Origin: an uncultured Coprococcus sp.
Lineage (GTDB): Bacteria > Bacillota > Clostridia > Lachnospirales > Lachnospiraceae
NCBI GenBank assembly: GCA_934247115.1
Contig: CAKQIY010000011.1
Location: 449 to 64,448 of the forward strand
Direction: 5' to 3'
Length of the DNA stretch: 64,000 nt
Each line of letters starts with the position of its first letter. Positions within the stretch are counted from its first letter, which is position 1. The notes below the pieces were generated by a model, which worked only from the letters and a program-made list of their open reading frames with translations, did no database searches and had not been told where the DNA came from. The position numbers were made by a program, and so were the translations under genes. Positions 47,533 to 57,621 of the stretch are shown here, piece by piece.

Positions 47533-49656
47533 ATGGCTATGGTAAAACTAGGAGAAAAGATAGTAAGTGCGAGAGTCGTGATACTGATCCTCAGCTTCGT
47601 TCTTCTCATACCAGCTGCATACGGTTATATCAAGACCAGGGTAAACTACGATATTCTGTCATATCTTCCTAAGGATATCGAGACAATGGTAGGTCAGGAT
47701 ATACTGGTTGACCAGTTTGGTACAGGAGCCTTTTCACTGTACGTTGTAGAGGGTATGGAGGACAAAGAAGTATCCGCACTGAAATCAAAGATTGAAAATG
47801 TAGACCATGTGTCAAAGGTTATCTGGTACGACAGCTTTGCTGATCTGTCTGTTCCTAAGGATATGCTTCCTGAAAAACTGTATGACGCATTTAACAATGA
47901 TGACAAGGATGCCACCATGATGGCGATCATATTTGATGATACAACTTCTGCTGATAGCACGATGGATGCTATCGAGGAGATACGAAAGATATCAGATAAG
48001 CAGTGCTTTCTCTCCGGTATGTCAGCGGTCGTTGTAGATACAAAGAAGCTGTCTGAGAAGGAAACTCCAATATATGTTCTGATAGCGGTGATCCTCAGCA
48101 GTATAATCCTTGCGATCACTATGGATTCGATCATGATACCGGTACTGTTTCTGGCAAGTATAGGTATGGCGATCGCATACAACCTGGGTTCAAATATATT
48201 TTTGGGCCAGGTATCCTACATAACAAAGGCGCTGGCTGCGGTACTTCAGCTCGGTGTGACAATGGATTACTCGATCTTCCTGTGGCATAGCTACAAGGCA
48301 CAGCAGAAAGAGTATACGGATAAGAAAGAAGCTATGGCGCATGCGATCGCTGAGACTATATCATCCGTTGTGGGAAGTTCCATAACAACTGTTGCCGGAT
48401 TTGTGGCACTTTGCTTCATGAGTTTTACACTCGGACTTGACCTTGGTATCGTGATGGCAAAGGGTGTTGTTTTCGGAGTTATTGCCTGCGTAACGATACT
48501 TCCATCACTCATCCTTGTGTTTGACAAGGCAATAGAAAAGACGACACACAAGGTAATACTTCCTGAGTTTAAGGGAGTAGGAAAATTCATAGCTAAGCAT
48601 TACAGGATATTCCTGGTATTGTTCGTGATCATCCTGATTCCGGCAATATATGGATACAATCATACAAAGGTTTATTACAAGCTGGATTCATCACTCCCGG
48701 ACAGTCTGGAGAGCGTGCAGGCCAACAAAGAGCTGGCTGAGGCGTTCAATATGAATTCAACACATATGATACTTGTCACAAATGATCAGAGTGACAAGGA
48801 CACAAGGAACATGATGTCAGATATAGAGAACATAGACGGAGTTAGGTTCTGTCTTGGACTTGACAGCATCATCGGAGCAGGTATTCCGACCAACTTTATC
48901 CCTTCTGATGTCACAGAGGCTCTCAAGAGCGATGAGTGGCAGCTGATACTCGTCGGATCAGAGTATGAGGTCGCATCGGATGAGGTCAACAACCAGTGTA
49001 CCGAGATCGAGAATACTATAGATTCATATAACGAGAAAAACATGCTCGTTGGTGAGGCACCTTGTACAAAGGACCTTATCAAAATAACAGATAAGGATTT
49101 CGCCTCAGTAAGTACAGTTTCGATCGGCGCTATATTCATCATCATCCTCTGTGTATTCGGATCAATATCGCTTCCAATAGTGCTTGTTGCCGTCATAGAG
49201 TTTGCGATATTTATCAACATGGGTATTCCTTGTTTTACAGGAACTGAACTGCCTTTCATAGCATCAATAGTTATCGGTACTATCCAGCTCGGTGCGACGG
49301 TTGATTACGCCATACTGATGACCACCAAGTACAAGAGAAACAGACTGAACGGATATAGAAAGTTTGACGCCGTGGCAACAGCATGTCAGGAATCAGTACA
49401 GTCTATAGTTGTCAGTGCACTTTCATTCTTCGCTGCAACATTTGGCGTAGGTCTTTACTCAGATATAGATATGATCAGTGCACTGTGTACACTTATGGCA
49501 CGTGGAGCACTCATAAGCATGTGTGCTGTTATCCTGATGCTTCCATCAGCACTGATGCTCTTCGATAAGATCATCATGTTCAGATACAGGAAGAACCTGA
49601 TGGATGGTCCATCAGCGCAGGACAGCAACGAGGGTACTGCAGCCACTCAGGCATAG
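47533..49656 (+). CDS. MMPL/RND-superfamily membrane transporter
   Basis: 707 aa with two repeats of a large extracytoplasmic loop plus a 5-6 TM bundle, typical of the MMPL layout. Confidence 0.8.
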   Translation: MAMVKLGEKIVSARVVILILSFVLLIPAAYGYIKTRVNYDILSYLPKDIETMVGQDILVDQFGTGAFSLYVVEGMEDKEVSALKSKIENVDHVSKVIWYDSFADLSVPKDMLPEKLYDAFNNDDKDATMMAIIFDDTTSADSTMDAIEEIRKISDKQCFLSGMSAVVVDTKKLSEKETPIYVLIAVILSSIILAITMDSIMIPVLFLASIGMAIAYNLGSNIFLGQVSYITKALAAVLQLGVTMDYSIFLWHSYKAQQKEYTDKKEAMAHAIAETISSVVGSSITTVAGFVALCFMSFTLGLDLGIVMAKGVVFGVIACVTILPSLILVFDKAIEKTTHKVILPEFKGVGKFIAKHYRIFLVLFVIILIPAIYGYNHTKVYYKLDSSLPDSLESVQANKELAEAFNMNSTHMILVTNDQSDKDTRNMMSDIENIDGVRFCLGLDSIIGAGIPTNFIPSDVTEALKSDEWQLILVGSEYEVASDEVNNQCTEIENTIDSYNEKNMLVGEAPCTKDLIKITDKDFASVSTVSIGAIFIIILCVFGSISLPIVLVAVIEFAIFINMGIPCFTGTELPFIASIVIGTIQLGATVDYAILMTTKYKRNRLNGYRKFDAVATACQESVQSIVVSALSFFAATFGVGLYSDIDMISALCTLMARGALISMCAVILMLPSALMLFDKIIMFRYRKNLMDGPSAQDSNEGTAATQA

Positions 49657-49739
49657 CAGTTATAAATAGATGTAACTACGGGACCAATGGAATCCAGGGC
49701 GGATTTCTCATTTATCTTATTATGGAAAGAGGTAATAAC

Positions 49740-52067
49740 ATGATTAAGTGGAAGAAATATATATGCGTGGCATTATCGGCAGCCATGATGGCAAGCCTTG
49801 TTACAGGCTGTGGTGATGTATCCAGTGATGATTCAGTACAGGCTGAGACAGAGGCAACTACAGAGAGCGAGTCAGATACACTTCAGGATGCACTTACATC
49901 CCAGATATCCAAGGATGATGCATCAGATGCAGACAAGGAAGAGACAGTATATGTCCTTGCCGATGCCAATGGAAATACAAACGATGTGACTGTCAGCACA
50001 TGGCTCAAGAATGCTGATGGGGCAGAAGGACTTAACGACAAGACTAATCTCACAGACATACAGAATGTGAAGGGCTATGAGGAATACAAGGACAATGGTG
50101 ATGGAACTATAACATGGGCGGCAAATGGTTCTGATATCTACTATCAGGGCAAGTCAAATGAGGATCTACCGGTTGATGTGAAGATCACATACAAGCTGGA
50201 TGGTGAGGAGATAGAGCCTTCAGAGCTGGCAGGCAAGAGCGGTAAGGTCACCATCAGATTTGACTACACCAACAAGACCAAGCAGACAGTCACAGTGGAT
50301 GGCAAGAACAGTGAGGTTATATCACCATTTGTAATGCTCTCAGGAATGATTCTCCCTGTTGATAAGTTCTCAAATGTACAGGTTGAGAATGGTAAGGTCA
50401 TCTCAGAGGGAAGCAATCAGATAGTTGTGGGATATGCAGTTCCAGGCTTCAAGCAGTGCCTGCAGGACGGAATAAATGACAGCAAGATAGAGACAGCTCT
50501 TGACAATATAGATGTACCTGATTATGTAGAGGTTACAGCTGATGTGACAGACTTTGAGCTGGCCATGACCATGACAGTTGCGGCAAGCGATCTTCTGGGA
50601 ACAAGCGCAGAGGATGCAATAGATGAGGTAAAGGATAAGGCTGATGTGAGCTCACTTACAGACAGCGTAGATAAACTTGCGGATTCAGCAGATCAGCTGG
50701 AGGAGGGCTCAGGTAAGATCACAAATGGTCTGGAGACTCTGAAGGATGGAACATATTCGCTTTCGGATGGAGCAGCCACACTTGCTGATGGAGCAGCATC
50801 GCTTGAGACATACACAAGCCAGCTTGCAGACGGAACATCCAAGATATCGACAGCCATGGGCAGCCTGGATGAAGGAATCAAGTCGATCAAGAGCGGTTCA
50901 TCAGCACTGAATGATGGAGCCAAGACACTTGCTGCGGGAGCCAAGACACTGGACACAAGCGTGGGAACACTCAAGAAGGGTGCTGAGGATCTGAACAGCG
51001 GTGCAAATACTCTTCTGGCTGGCTTCGAGGGCAGCGATTCGGCAGCTGGAGTAAAGAAAGGTGCAAGCAGTCTTGCAACAGGTGTAAAGACGCTTTATGA
51101 CAGCTCCAAATCACTTGCATCAGGCGCATCATCACTGAACACAGGAATAGGAACTCTGGTCAATAAACTTTCCAATCTATCTGCACAGGCAGAACAGGAT
51201 GTATATGCACAGGCAGGCGTTGAGAATGCATCACAGATACAGGCTCTTATGGATCAGATATCACCTGCTCTTGCAATGGGTAAGGCAACACTTGATGCGG
51301 CACAGGGTGAGGGAACATATGACACAATGCTGGCAAATTACACATCACTTGCACAGGCTCAGGGTGCTCTCAATGCTATAGAGAAGATAAAGGCAACATT
51401 GGACTCAGATGAGCAAAAGGCAAGTATCGCGCAGCTTACAACTGGTGCATCACAGCTTGAAGATGGTGCATCAGCTATGTCTGATGGTCTTAAGAGTGCA
51501 TCGGCAGGAGCTGCATCACTCTCAGGTGGAATAGACCAGATGTATGCAGGAACGAAGACTCTTGCAAGTGGAACAAAGTCACTTGCAGAAGGTGCAGGAG
51601 AGCTCAAGAAGGGCTCAAAGAGTCTCAGCGATGGAGCGGCAACAATATCAACAAATATGAATACACTGTATCAGGGAAGTTTAACACTGGCAAACGGAAG
51701 CAGCCAGTTAAAGACAGCAGCAGGAACACTAGATTCAAGTGCCGGACAGATCGCAGCTGGTGCCAAGACACTTAGCAATGGAGCAGCAAAGCTCAACAGT
51801 GGAAGCAAGACTCTTGACAGTGGCGCGGAGGAGCTCGTGACAGGATCCAAGACCCTCAGTGATGGAATGAAGCAGTTCAATGAAGAGGGTATCAAGAAAA
51901 TCACCAAACTGTTCGCGGGCAACTACCAGGCAGATATTGATTACATCGAGGCTCTGTTCTCTGAGGATACAACATACACAAGCTTCGGTGGAGCACTGGA
52001 TGGCACAAAGAGCACAGTCAAGTTCATATATGAAACAGGCGCAATCAAATCTGATACAGAAAAATAA
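49740..52067 (+). CDS. Lipoprotein with long Leu-x-x-Gly heptad-repeat region (YhgE/Pip N-terminal-like, without the C-terminal TM domain)
   Basis: Lipobox LVTGCGD. Many repeats such as LADGAASL, LNDGAKTLAAGAKTL, LSDGAATI. The ATG at 49740 follows SD aagaggt; the track start is 49722. Confidence 0.7.
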   Translation: MIKWKKYICVALSAAMMASLVTGCGDVSSDDSVQAETEATTESESDTLQDALTSQISKDDASDADKEETVYVLADANGNTNDVTVSTWLKNADGAEGLNDKTNLTDIQNVKGYEEYKDNGDGTITWAANGSDIYYQGKSNEDLPVDVKITYKLDGEEIEPSELAGKSGKVTIRFDYTNKTKQTVTVDGKNSEVISPFVMLSGMILPVDKFSNVQVENGKVISEGSNQIVVGYAVPGFKQCLQDGINDSKIETALDNIDVPDYVEVTADVTDFELAMTMTVAASDLLGTSAEDAIDEVKDKADVSSLTDSVDKLADSADQLEEGSGKITNGLETLKDGTYSLSDGAATLADGAASLETYTSQLADGTSKISTAMGSLDEGIKSIKSGSSALNDGAKTLAAGAKTLDTSVGTLKKGAEDLNSGANTLLAGFEGSDSAAGVKKGASSLATGVKTLYDSSKSLASGASSLNTGIGTLVNKLSNLSAQAEQDVYAQAGVENASQIQALMDQISPALAMGKATLDAAQGEGTYDTMLANYTSLAQAQGALNAIEKIKATLDSDEQKASIAQLTTGASQLEDGASAMSDGLKSASAGAASLSGGIDQMYAGTKTLASGTKSLAEGAGELKKGSKSLSDGAATISTNMNTLYQGSLTLANGSSQLKTAAGTLDSSAGQIAAGAKTLSNGAAKLNSGSKTLDSGAEELVTGSKTLSDGMKQFNEEGIKKITKLFAGNYQADIDYIEALFSEDTTYTSFGGALDGTKSTVKFIYETGAIKSDTEK

Positions 52068-52085
52068 ATGAAAAAATAAACCAAA

Positions 52086-52124
52086 ATGCCTGTTTTAAAG
52101 GCGTAAAACAGGCATATATTTATT
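52086..52124 (+). terminator. Rho-independent terminator
   Basis: Stem atgcctgtttta pairs with taaaacaggcat, followed by a T-rich tail. Confidence 0.7.
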
Positions 52125-52221
52125 GTAAATCTTCGTGTTGACTTTACTGTAGCCTTAGGTTATAGTATAAGCGTCCGTGAGGATAATGGTAACATTTACT
52201 ATAGTTTAGGAGGATTAGAAC

Positions 52222-52455
52222 ATGTTTGATAAGGTTAAGGCAATATTCGAGGAGCAGTTAGGCGTTTCACAGGATGAGATGAAGCTTGACACAAACTTCA
52301 AGGATGATCTTGGTGTTGATTCACTTGATCTTTATGAGATCGTTATGAAGCTTGAGGATGAGTTCGATGTTGAGATCCCTGCTGAGGAGCTTGATGATGT
52401 AGCTACATTTGAGGATGTACTTAACTACCTTAAGAGCAAGGGTGTTGAGGAGTAA
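52222..52455 (+). CDS. acpP: Acyl carrier protein
   Basis: 77 aa with phosphopantetheine attachment motif DLGVDSLDLYE. RBS taggagga. Confidence 0.95.
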   Translation: MFDKVKAIFEEQLGVSQDEMKLDTNFKDDLGVDSLDLYEIVMKLEDEFDVEIPAEELDDVATFEDVLNYLKSKGVEE

Positions 52456-52603
52456 TATTGCTAACTGAACAGATTGGACTGTTTTGAATACATTTGTTAT
52501 TCAAAGTTGTCATGTATCGGACATGACATAACTTTGGTAGCCAGCCAGGACATGAGTCCTGACTGACCATCCAAGGTTATATATATTATATGAGAGTTGA
52601 TTT

Positions 52604-52650
52604 GCAGCAGATGCTTTGAGCCACGTGGCTTGATGGCATGTGCTTTTTTT
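52604..52650 (+). terminator. Terminator about 150 nt downstream of the acpP stop
   Basis: Hairpin gcagatgc...agccacgtggct (12-bp perfect palindrome at 52619-52630)...gcatgtgc, followed by T7 (52644-52650). Confidence 0.7.
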
Positions 52651-52870
52651 GTGCGTTAATACACCGCCAAGCGCGCCCACCTGTCGCACACTTGAATTAA
52701 CGCACAGATATCTCCGCTTGCGATTTGCTGAGCCCTGTTCTATAATAGGGGATGGCTGACCTGTATTCTGAATATGTCATGACAAAAAGGCTGGTGCAAT
52801 TCAGGACAGGCAGATCGCGATGATGTACGAATGTAAATCAATTACAAATATAATAAAGGCGGTAAAAGAA

Positions 52871-53794
52871 ATGGGTAAGACAGCAGTTATATTCCCAGGT
52901 CAGGGCGCACAGTATGTGGGTATGGCCAAGGACTTCTATGACAGTTTTGATGACAGTAAGAAGGTATTCGACGAGGCAGATGACGTTCTGGATATAGAGC
53001 TCAAGAAGATCTGTTTCGAGGAGAATGACGACATCAACAAGACAGAGTACACACAGCCAGCCATGGTTGCTGCAGAGGTTGCCATATATGAGCACCTGAA
53101 GAACACGGGCCTCAAGGCTGATATATTTGCAGGCCTCTCACTTGGAGAGTACAGCGCGCTTGTTGCAGCAGGAGCCATGACTCTCACTGACGGCATCAAG
53201 ACAGTTAGAAGAAGAGGCATCCTCATGCAGAACGAAGTACCTCTCGGAATGGGCGGAATGGCAGCAGTTATAGCTATGGACGCTGATAAAATTGCAGAGA
53301 TATGTGAGAACACACCTGGCAAAGTTCAGATAGCCAACTACAACTGTCCTGGACAGATCGTTATATCAGGTGAGGCAGAGGCTGTTAAGGCAGCATCAGC
53401 AGCACTTGCAGAGGCTGGAGCCAAGAGAGTTATCCCACTCAACGTAAGTGGTCCTTTCCATTCACAGATGCTCGTGCCTGCAGGAGAGAAGCTTTACGAC
53501 TTCCTTCAGGACATTGATGTTGCAGAAGGATTTGCACCATATTATTGCAATGCAGATGCAGAGGAGATCACAGACGCAGCCAAGGTTAAGGAGCTTCTGA
53601 AGAGACAGGTGTACTCATCAGTAAGATGGCAGCAGACAATAGAGAACATGATAGCTGACGGCGTTGACACATTTATCGAGGTTGGCCCGGGCAAGACTCT
53701 CACAGGCTTCATGAAGAAGATCAACAGAGAGGTAAAGAGCATAAATATTGCAACTATAGACGATTTAGCGAAATTGGAGGAACTGAATGCTTAA
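52871..53794 (+). CDS. fabD: Malonyl-CoA:ACP transacylase
   Basis: [14 protein letters not shown] and active site [10 protein letters not shown]. The ATG at 52871 is preferred; the track start is 52820. Confidence 0.95.
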   Translation: MGKTAVIFPGQGAQYVGMAKDFYDSFDDSKKVFDEADDVLDIELKKICFEENDDINKTEYTQPAMVAAEVAIYEHLKNTGLKADIFAGLSLGEYSALVAAGAMTLTDGIKTVRRRGILMQNEVPLGMGGMAAVIAMDADKIAEICENTPGKVQIANYNCPGQIVISGEAEAVKAASAALAEAGAKRVIPLNVSGPFHSQMLVPAGEKLYDFLQDIDVAEGFAPYYCNADAEEITDAAKVKELLKRQVYSSVRWQQTIENMIADGVDTFIEVGPGKTLTGFMKKINREVKSINIATIDDLAKLEELNA

Positions 53795-54527
53795 GGACAA
53801 GGTAGCAGTGGTAACAGGTGCCGGAAGAGGTATCGGACGTGAGATAGCAAAGACATTTGCCGGATACGGCGCAAAGGTAGTAGTAAACTTCAACGGCTCA
53901 GAGGAGCGCGCGAACAGCTTGGTCGAGGAGATCAAGGCAGCAGGCGGAGAGGCAGTGGCATTCAAGGCAAATGTTGCAGATTTTACTGAGGCAGAGGCTC
54001 TCATGAAGTTTGCGGCTGCTACATACGGAAGAATAGATATCCTCGTGAACAATGCGGGGATCACAAGAGATAATCTTGTACTCGGCATGAAGGAGGCTGA
54101 CTTTGATGATGTTATCAATATCAACCTCAAGGGCACATTCAACTGTATCAAGCATGTGTACAGAACCATGATGAAGCAGAAGTATGGACGTATCATCAAT
54201 ATGTCATCAGTAGTCGGAGTAGAGGGAAATGCAGGCCAGGTAAACTATGCAGCATCCAAGGCTGGCGTGATCGGCATCACCAAGTCTATTGCGAAAGAAC
54301 TTGGAAGCCGTGGAATCACAGCAAATGCAATTGCTCCGGGATTTATCAAGACAGATATGACAGACGCGCTCTCAGACAAGGCAAAGGAGGCTATGCTTGA
54401 CCATATCACAGTCAAGAGACTTGGTGAAGTATCAGACATCGCTGAGACAGCAGCATTCCTTGCTTCAGACAAGGCATCATACATAACAGGTCAGGTCATC
54501 AAGGTAGATGGTGGAATGAGTCTGTAA
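53787..54527 (+). CDS. fabG: 3-oxoacyl-ACP reductase
   Basis: SDR motifs [20 protein letters not shown]. Overlaps the fabD stop by 8 nt. Confidence 0.95.
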   Translation: MLKDKVAVVTGAGRGIGREIAKTFAGYGAKVVVNFNGSEERANSLVEEIKAAGGEAVAFKANVADFTEAEALMKFAAATYGRIDILVNNAGITRDNLVLGMKEADFDDVININLKGTFNCIKHVYRTMMKQKYGRIINMSSVVGVEGNAGQVNYAASKAGVIGITKSIAKELGSRGITANAIAPGFIKTDMTDALSDKAKEAMLDHITVKRLGEVSDIAETAAFLASDKASYITGQVIKVDGGMSL

Positions 54528-54547
54528 GTGGCAGTCAGATATATGAA

Positions 54548-54593
54548 TACAAAACAGGGTATTGCGATGATCGTCGCAATACCCTGTTTTGTA
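54548..54593. terminator. Bidirectional terminator between fabG (+) and the xre gene (-)
   Basis: 20-bp perfect stem tacaaaacagggtattgcga / tcgcaataccctgttttgta with A/T-rich flanks on both sides. Confidence 0.85.
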
Positions 54594-54637
54594 TATTGTG
54601 CAACATAAAACTATGTGCTGATTCAAACTATGCCTGA

Positions 54638-54931
54638 TCACTTTTGGTTCAGTCTGGAAAATTCCTTGGCAATTCCAAGAAGCTGGGCGTGCTGGTGTTC
54701 AGTTAGTTGAGTTGTGTCGATGTACTTGGCACCCGATCCGTCGCCCTTCAGCAGATAATCTGTAGAGCAGTTGAAATATTCTGCTATGCGCAGAATCATG
54801 TTCACAGATGGATCGATGGAGTTGTTCTCCCAGTTGCTGATGGTCTGGAATGCGACTGACAGCTCTCCTGCAAGCTCTTTCTGTGTCATCTTGTTGGCGG
54901 TGCGCAGTGTTCTTAATTGTTCGCCTATCAT
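54638..54931 (-). CDS. XRE-family helix-turn-helix transcriptional regulator
   Basis: 97 aa. HTH_3 pattern IGEQLRTLRTANKMTQKELAGELSVAFQTISNWENN. Confidence 0.85.
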   Translation of the reverse strand: MIGEQLRTLRTANKMTQKELAGELSVAFQTISNWENNSIDPSVNMILRIAEYFNCSTDYLLKGDGSGAKYIDTTQLTEHQHAQLLGIAKEFSRLNQK

Positions 54932-55188
54932 AAAATCAGAGCTCCTTAAAAAGAAAACGTAATAACCCTCATTATTAATACTAGCTGAATAGTATTTTAT
55001 TTACAAAAGATAAAACTATGTTTATGATAGAACGTTAATATATACATAGTAAATAGAATTATTGACAATATGTACAGGCAAAAAAGGAAAATATACATAG
55101 GACGAAATAAGGTCTGATGATGATGTATATAAAACAGATCAGGATGAATATATCACGGGAGTCATGTAGTATTCAAAACTATTTAACC

Positions 55189-55217
55189 TTGTTATATATA
55201 TCACATTGTGGTAAAAT
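55189..55217 (+). promoter_or_regulatory. Candidate extended -10 promoter for fabF
   Basis: -35 ttgtta (55189-55194), 17-nt spacer ending in tgg, -10 taaaat (55212-55217). Confidence 0.4.
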
Positions 55218-55286
55218 TTAAATATCTGAGCTGAGACATAGAATTGGGACATGCAACAGATATAAATAAAAAATAAGAGGTATAAC

Positions 55287-56522
55287 ATGAAGAGAGTTGT
55301 TGTAACAGGAATGGGTGCAGTCACACCTATAGGAAACAGTGTAGAAGAGTTCTGGGAGAATATAAAGAAGAATACAGTTGGAATCGGGGAGATCACCAAG
55401 TTCGATGTCAGTGATTACAAGTGCAAGCTTGCCGCTGAAGTTAAGGACTTTGATGCAAAGCAGTATATGGATCCAAAGGCTGCAAGACGTATGGAGCCAT
55501 TCTGCCAGTATGCCATAGCCGCTACAGGTGAGGCTATTAAGGATGCAGGTCTTGACCTTGAGAAGGAAGACAGAACAAGGATCGGAACATGCATAGGAAA
55601 CGGACTTGGCGGTGTGGCAACGATAGAGAAGGAGCACAAGAAAGTCGTAGAGGGCAAGGCAAACAGAGTCAGCGTAATGATGGTTCCTATGATGATATCC
55701 AACATGGCTGCGGGCAATGTTGCAATACAGTTTGGACTTGAGGGCAAATGTACAGATATAGTTACAGCCTGTGCTACAGGAACAAACTCTATTGGAGAGG
55801 CTTACAGATATATACAGGCAGGAGAGGCTGATGTCATGGTTGCAGGTGGTGCAGAGTCACCTATCTGTGAGACCAACGTATCTGGATTTATCTCGATGAC
55901 AGCACTTTCAAGCGCAGAAGACCCTATGAGGGCATCCATACCATTTGACAAGGACAGATGTGGATTCGTAATAGCTGAGGGCGCAGGAGTTGTCGTACTT
56001 GAGTCACTTGAGCATGCTCAGGCGAGAGGTGCCCAGATCCTGGCTGAGGTAGTCGGATATGGTTCAACCTGTGATGCATATCACATCACATCCCCTAAGG
56101 AGGACGGAAGTGGCGCAGGACGTGCCATGAAGCTTGCCATGGAGGAGGCCGGAATCACACCTGCTGACGTTGACTACATCAACGCACACGGAACAAGTAC
56201 CCATCACAATGACCTCTTTGAGACAAGAGCCATCAAGTATGCCATGGGCGATGACGCATACAATGTGAACATCAATTCCACAAAGTCTATGATAGGACAT
56301 CTGTTTGGAGCTGCCGGTGCAGTTGAGTTCATCACGTGCGTGAAGTCTATAGAGGATTCATACATCCATCCAACAGTTGGTCTCCGTGAGACCGAGGGCG
56401 AGATGGATCTCAACTATACAATGGGTGAGGGTGTACATAAGGATATTACATACGCGCTCAGCAATTCACTGGGATTTGGCGGACACAACGCAAGTATCCT
56501 TGTGAAGAAGTTCGAGGAATAG
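55287..56522 (+). CDS. fabF: 3-oxoacyl-ACP synthase II
   Basis: 411 aa. Active-site region VTACATGTNSIG. His motifs INAHGTST and GHLFGAAG. C-terminal SNSLGFGGHNA. Confidence 0.95.
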   Translation: MKRVVVTGMGAVTPIGNSVEEFWENIKKNTVGIGEITKFDVSDYKCKLAAEVKDFDAKQYMDPKAARRMEPFCQYAIAATGEAIKDAGLDLEKEDRTRIGTCIGNGLGGVATIEKEHKKVVEGKANRVSVMMVPMMISNMAAGNVAIQFGLEGKCTDIVTACATGTNSIGEAYRYIQAGEADVMVAGGAESPICETNVSGFISMTALSSAEDPMRASIPFDKDRCGFVIAEGAGVVVLESLEHAQARGAQILAEVVGYGSTCDAYHITSPKEDGSGAGRAMKLAMEEAGITPADVDYINAHGTSTHHNDLFETRAIKYAMGDDAYNVNINSTKSMIGHLFGAAGAVEFITCVKSIEDSYIHPTVGLRETEGEMDLNYTMGEGVHKDITYALSNSLGFGGHNASILVKKFEE

Positions 56523-56547
56523 AGCAGCATAAAGGAGGGTTACAATT

Positions 56548-57441
56548 ATGTACGAGAACAAGGATATGCTCAGCTGGCTTGGATATTTTGCAGATATGAT
56601 GAAGGTCAGCCCTGAGAAGATAAAGATGCTGAATATATGTGGAAAGCAGAAGAATGTTGTTCCAACTATAGACACGCACAAGAGGGTGCTGATATTTGCA
56701 GATCAGAGTCATGAGGATCTGTTGTACACGCTGTGGGAGAAGGGCTTTGGCGAGTATGACATGTGGTATGCCGAGGGAACTGAACCTGGCGGCGAGGTAC
56801 AGCACGACAAGATAGAGAAGGTGCTCAATAAAAAGATAACAGGACCAACAGTTATATTTATCATGAACGAAAAGACAAGGGAATCTGTCAGATACGGAAT
56901 TGCAAATGATTTCTTCTCTGCTGGAACAGTACACTATGTCGGTAAGGAGATAAGAGCGGTCATCATGAGCCTGCTGGATGTGGATACACATGATACTATC
57001 CTGGCACTTCAGGCTGAGAGTATAGTAATCGAGGCTGCTATCGTGGCAAGCGAGGGCAATATCATAGCTGTTGAACCGGACGAGGGTTCTAGAAGATCCA
57101 TGGAAGAGAATGTTGATAAGTTCGGAGTACATAATGTCCAGATCATCCCGGATATGAGCGAGGAGACTCTGGCAGCGATACCTGTCCCAAGGCTTGCGTT
57201 TATAGTTGCAAACCATTATCTTGAGTCTGATATGGAGAGACTTTTGAAAATCAATCCGGAGATGCAGTTTGTCATATATACTCTTGATCTTGGTATACTT
57301 GCCCAGGCAAAGCTCATATTTGACAAGCTTGGAATCAAGAATATGGAGGCTATCCAGATATCTGTATCCAAGACCAACAAGGATAACATGTTTGTGACCC
57401 AGCCATCACCATGGCTTATCACAGGTGCGGCTGAGAAATAA
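56548..57441 (+). CDS. CobL/CbiT-like protein with a degenerate SAM-binding motif; function unknown
   Basis: 297 aa. GIANDFFSAGTVHYVGKEIRAVIMSLLDV resembles the CbiT N-terminal motif (G-I-P-D..F....MTK.EVRA..L.KL). The expected Gly-rich DIGAGTGS position reads ALQAESIV. Confidence 0.4.
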   Translation: MYENKDMLSWLGYFADMMKVSPEKIKMLNICGKQKNVVPTIDTHKRVLIFADQSHEDLLYTLWEKGFGEYDMWYAEGTEPGGEVQHDKIEKVLNKKITGPTVIFIMNEKTRESVRYGIANDFFSAGTVHYVGKEIRAVIMSLLDVDTHDTILALQAESIVIEAAIVASEGNIIAVEPDEGSRRSMEENVDKFGVHNVQIIPDMSEETLAAIPVPRLAFIVANHYLESDMERLLKINPEMQFVIYTLDLGILAQAKLIFDKLGIKNMEAIQISVSKTNKDNMFVTQPSPWLITGAAEK

Positions 57442-57506
57442 ACGGATTGTTAGAATCTGTAATGAAATATAGATAGTAACGAACTATAATAATAAGAAGT
57501 TAAAAT

Positions 57507-57572
57507 GCCAGAAGAGACTGATACATATGTAAGATGTTTATGAGATCAGTTCCTTCTGGCGTTTGTGTTTTT
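57507..57572 (+). terminator. Terminator after the fabF-downstream gene
   Basis: Stem gccagaagagactgat pairs with atcagttccttctggc (2 internal mismatches), followed by gtttgtgttttt. Confidence 0.6.
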
Positions 57573-57621
57573 ATATATGGTCAGCCAGTATCAGCAATGT
57601 GCTGGCACTGCATTGGATACT

